Position numbers and translations under genes: made by a program. Positions 61,117-64,000 of a stretch of DNA of 64,000 nt are shown here, piece by piece; the first letter of the stretch is position 1, and every line of letters begins with the position of its first letter. The DNA is from a virus. The notes under the pieces were generated by a model that was not told the DNA's origin, did not search any database, and was given only the letters and a program-made list of their open reading frames with translations. The DNA lies in the IMG/VR virus record IMGVR_UViG_3300045988_180880, positions 96,001 to 160,000 of that record; one strand, 5' to 3'.

Positions 61117-61607
61117 CGGAAGAAATACTTAAAGATATAAAAACTAGTTTAGGTTTAGATGATGTTGATGAAGCTATTCCTTATATCAATCAATGTATTC
61201 AAGCTAGAGATAGGATTTTATCAGACGAATATTCTGATTTTAAACCAGGAAGCTTAGTTCTTGATACTAGAGATAATGAAATTGGTTTTGTAATTGGACC
61301 AATCAATATGTATGGAGATATTAATACGGATAGTTTTGTTAAATTATCACACAATGCTAAAGTAAGTAAAGAAAATACTACAATGTTAGTAGTAACTCGA
61401 GTAATTGGAGGTTTAGAGAATGAAAGGCGTTCTAATTTTAGAGTTAGATACGTTAAACGAAATTACCTAACACCATTAAAGATAGAGGAGAATAATCTCA
61501 ACTATTCAACTAATAGTGTATCAGATCTTGATACTTTTTGTGGAAGTCAGTGTATTATGGAATGTACATCTGAGTGTAAATTATATAAATATAGAAGGAA
61601 AAAGTAA
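61113..61607 (+). CDS. hypothetical protein with C-terminal Cys4 motif
   Basis: C-terminus FCGSQCIMECTSECKLYKYRRKK. Compare the C-terminus of 16849..17403. Confidence 0.5.
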   Translation: MTEEILKDIKTSLGLDDVDEAIPYINQCIQARDRILSDEYSDFKPGSLVLDTRDNEIGFVIGPINMYGDINTDSFVKLSHNAKVSKENTTMLVVTRVIGGLENERRSNFRVRYVKRNYLTPLKIEENNLNYSTNSVSDLDTFCGSQCIMECTSECKLYKYRRKK

Positions 61608-61621
61608 TTAAAAAACAATGA

Positions 61622-61647
61622 ATACTAGGAGGGAAACCTCTTAGTAT
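61622..61647 (+). terminator. intrinsic terminator hairpin
   Basis: atactaggagg-gaaa-cctcttagtat followed by tttttatc. Confidence 0.6.
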
Positions 61648-61663
61648 TTTTTATCAAAGAATT

Positions 61664-62836
61664 ATGAGTAAAAAATGGTTACATGGAGCTATACCTGCTC
61701 TACTAATTCATGGCTGTATAGGAACTGTTTATTGTTGGTCCTTGTTGTATGATTATATAAAAGAATCTATTACTGGTAATTGTACTTGGGCATTTTCCTT
61801 AGCCATATTTTTCTTAGGGATTTCTGCAGCTTTTTTCGGTCCCTTAGTAGAAAAGAATGTAAAGAAAGCTGCAACTATAAGTTCTATCCTCTTTGGTTCG
61901 GGAATGATCTTATCTGGAGTAGCATGTTATATAAATTCTATGCCACTTCTTTATCTTAGTTATGGAGCAATTATGGGTACTGGAGTTGGAATTGGATATA
62001 TCACTCCAGTAAAAACTCTAATGATGTGGTTCAAGAATAATAAAGGTCTTGCTACTGGACTTGCTATTATGGGATTTGGATTAGCGAAAGTAATAGCAAC
62101 ACCTCTTCTTAATTGGAGTATAGAAAGATGTGGAATATACTGTACTTTCTTCTCTTTTGGGGTTTGGTATACTTTGATTATGTTACTTGCTGCAATACTT
62201 CTTAAAAAACCAATAGAAGAAGGAAAAATAGAGAATACATCAAGACCCAAATTTAAATCACTTAAGGAATGGTTTGATAGGAAAAAACAACTCCTAAATC
62301 TACCAGCAATTACTACTATATGGTTGATTTTTTATTTAAATATCTCTTCTGGATTAGCAATTATAAGTTATGAGAAATATTACTATGAAACAGCTGGAAT
62401 TGGAATAGTTCTAGGATTAGTATTTTCAGCTATTTTTAATTCTCTAGGTCGTTTTGGAGTTGCTTGGTGGTCTGATTATTTTAAAAATCGTGGAAAACTT
62501 TTTGGAATAATCTTAACATTCTCTGTTCTTTCGGGAATTACAGCTTTTATGGCTCCAGGTTTTATTCCAGTAGCTGTACTTTTATGTAATGCTGGGTATG
62601 GGGCAATGTTTTCAATAATGCCTTCTGTTCTAGCTGATAGGTATGGAATGAAAGACGTATCTGAGATTCATGGATTAATACTTAGTGCTTGGGCTTTTGC
62701 TGGTCTTTCTGGAAATCAGTTTGCTAATCTTTTAGTAGGTATTCCAGAGAGTTCATATAAAACATTAATTCTTGGAAGTGTTGGGTTATATTGTATTGCT
62801 CTATCTTTAAGTGCTAAATTGTGGAATAAAGACTAA
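61664..62836 (+). CDS. MFS transporter (oxalate/formate antiporter-like family by N-terminal pattern)
   Basis: 390 aa with about 12 hydrophobic helices in a 6+6 arrangement and a central basic loop (KKPIEEGKIENTSRPKFKSLKEWFDRKKQ). The N-terminus WLHGAIPALLIHGCIGTVYCWSLL is typical of OFA-type MFS proteins. Confidence 0.7.
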   Translation: MSKKWLHGAIPALLIHGCIGTVYCWSLLYDYIKESITGNCTWAFSLAIFFLGISAAFFGPLVEKNVKKAATISSILFGSGMILSGVACYINSMPLLYLSYGAIMGTGVGIGYITPVKTLMMWFKNNKGLATGLAIMGFGLAKVIATPLLNWSIERCGIYCTFFSFGVWYTLIMLLAAILLKKPIEEGKIENTSRPKFKSLKEWFDRKKQLLNLPAITTIWLIFYLNISSGLAIISYEKYYYETAGIGIVLGLVFSAIFNSLGRFGVAWWSDYFKNRGKLFGIILTFSVLSGITAFMAPGFIPVAVLLCNAGYGAMFSIMPSVLADRYGMKDVSEIHGLILSAWAFAGLSGNQFANLLVGIPESSYKTLILGSVGLYCIALSLSAKLWNKD

Positions 62837-62869
62837 AAACCTTATATATGATATAATAAATAAGAAGTT

Positions 62870-63109
62870 ATGAAAAGTAATAGAGCGTTTGAAATTTTAT
62901 CTACATTAAGCTATGAACCGTGTTATTGTGAAGTAGATGAATCTATAATTGATTATAGTAATGCAGTTAGAGCAGTAGAAGAGGCTGAAAATGAAGTAAT
63001 AGATCTGCTTAAGGAAAGTATATTAGCGAAATTTCAAAATGGGTCTACAAAAGATACTATAAAGATTATACTTGAAGAAACTATAAAAGAGTTTAAGGAT
63101 GAAAAGTAA
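62870..63109 (+). CDS. hypothetical protein
   Basis: 79-aa ORF downstream of an aaaaaccttatatatg promoter motif. Confidence 0.5.
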   Translation: MKSNRAFEILSTLSYEPCYCEVDESIIDYSNAVRAVEEAENEVIDLLKESILAKFQNGSTKDTIKIILEETIKEFKDEK

Positions 63110-63767
63110 AGAAGGAGATAAATATTTAGGAAAACACCTGAATAGTATAAATGACTTATTAGAAGAAGGTCATGATCCGAAAGTTAGAGATTTGGTAGTT
63201 TATGAAGATGCAAAAATACTATCTGATATTTCTTATTTTGAGGGTTATGATGCTGGGGTGTCGGATGAAAGAAATAAGGAAGATTATGAAGTATGGATGG
63301 TCGAGTTATTCAAGAAAATCGCTGTAGATGGATTACCAAAAGAATATAAAGGCGGCCATTCTAAGATATGTGTTTGTTTTGTTCCGGCCGTTAATGGAGA
63401 ACTTGACAGATATGTTATTGGATACTATAATTATAAAAAGAAAGGTTGGATGACTTGTTTATGTGAAGGATGTCAAGAATGTTTCCGGCCGACTCATTAT
63501 CTAGAACTTCCGGCCGCTCATAAAATCAGAAAAGAATATGATGTAACTGGGCAAACTAGATCAACAAATTCATTTCCTGAAGTTCCTGATGGTGTATATC
63601 AAGGAAAATTCGGTGGACATGTTGGAATGATAGAGTATTTAGGAAAGGTCTATAACTTCACATTCTTAAAAGGTATCGTTCAAGAAAATATTCCAAAAAC
63701 AATAACAGTAATAGATGGATATGGATGGACTCTACTAAAAGATGGACCGATTGTACCAACCGTTTGA
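63099..63767 (+). CDS. hypothetical Cys-rich protein
   Basis: 222-aa ORF. Contains three CCGGCCG motifs (63384, 63485, 63510). Confidence 0.5.
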   Translation: MKSKEGDKYLGKHLNSINDLLEEGHDPKVRDLVVYEDAKILSDISYFEGYDAGVSDERNKEDYEVWMVELFKKIAVDGLPKEYKGGHSKICVCFVPAVNGELDRYVIGYYNYKKKGWMTCLCEGCQECFRPTHYLELPAAHKIRKEYDVTGQTRSTNSFPEVPDGVYQGKFGGHVGMIEYLGKVYNFTFLKGIVQENIPKTITVIDGYGWTLLKDGPIVPTV

Positions 63768-63795
63768 AACTATAACAAATTAAAAATAAAAAATT

Positions 63796-64000
63796 ATGAA
63801 GAAAGAAAAATCAGAAGAAAAAGAAACATTAGAAGTTAACAAATTAATAACTAAGAAAGAAAAAATCAAGGATAATATTGTAGATATTATCGATATTGAT
63901 GACGAAGAGACAGAGGAGTTTAAATTCTCTGGTGGAAAATTGGTAATAGATGACTCACTGAATGTAATTGGAAAGTGGGAATCTAAGAATTATACATCAT
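63796..64000 (+). CDS. hypothetical protein, 5' part only (runs off the window end)
   Basis: The ATG at 63796 opens a stop-free frame to the end of the window (MKKEKSEEKETLEVNKLITKKEKIKDNIVDIIDIDDEETEEFKFSGGKLVIDD...). Confidence 0.5.
   Translation, partial: MKKEKSEEKETLEVNKLITKKEKIKDNIVDIIDIDDEETEEFKFSGGKLVIDDSLNVIGKWESKNYTS

Noticed and set aside
1-64000. CRISPR arrays, rRNA genes, integrase/att sites or transposase-type IS elements.
   Set aside because: No regularly spaced direct repeats with unique spacers are present. There are no rRNA-like GC-rich blocks, and no integrase, recombinase or transposase motifs in any ORF. Mobile DNA here is limited to introns and homing-type nuclease genes.

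Overview
This window reads as part of a large, AT-rich tailed dsDNA phage genome (about 30% G+C by eye). It has blocks of short co-oriented genes, no cellular housekeeping context, and no rRNA, tRNA or CRISPR array that I could find.

Layout:
- 1-15.7 kb, minus strand: replication and nucleotide-metabolism block. It holds GroEL/GroES, a DnaB-like helicase, an SF2 helicase, a primase, a KilA-N protein and ThyX.
- 15.8-26.5 kb, plus strand: small accessory genes, including a CNNM/CorC-type membrane protein and a DHH-DHHA1 phosphoesterase.
- 27.1-32.2 kb, minus strand: a 1213-aa repeat-rich tail fibre with a beta-helix C-terminus.
- 32.3-46.3 kb: accessory block with a radical-SAM protein, an IF-1 homolog, a 3D-domain protein, NadE, PncA and a TerD-domain protein.
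- 51.9-64 kb, plus strand: an intron-split RusA fused to a deoxyribosyltransferase-like domain, an amidase endolysin, a metallophosphoesterase and an MFS transporter.

Things that stand out:
1. Five introns interrupt four genes. Four belong to one family of ORF-less mini group I introns (165-236 nt) with clear P/Q/R/S cores. One 1028-nt intron carries a LAGLIDADG gene.
2. Two diverged, inverted paralogous modules bracket about 21 kb of accessory genes. Each consists of a helicase-like gene, a T5orf172 gene and small genes, and each is preceded by a hairpin-rich non-coding element bounded by inverted repeats. One hairpin shows compensatory stem changes between the two copies.
3. A GC-rich motif, TTCCGGCCGA (core CGGCCG), is strongly over-represented. 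It lies inside ORFs, is strand-biased, and occurs in pairs about 101-126 bp (one at 178 bp) apart.
4. There is a cluster of putative host-takeover or anti-defence functions: NadE/PncA, DHH, IF-1, an RNAP alpha-CTD-like regulator and two transporters.

Functional calls rest only on motifs I recognise in the supplied translations. About half of the ORFs have no recognisable function. Host, GC values and enrichment estimates are by-eye approximations.
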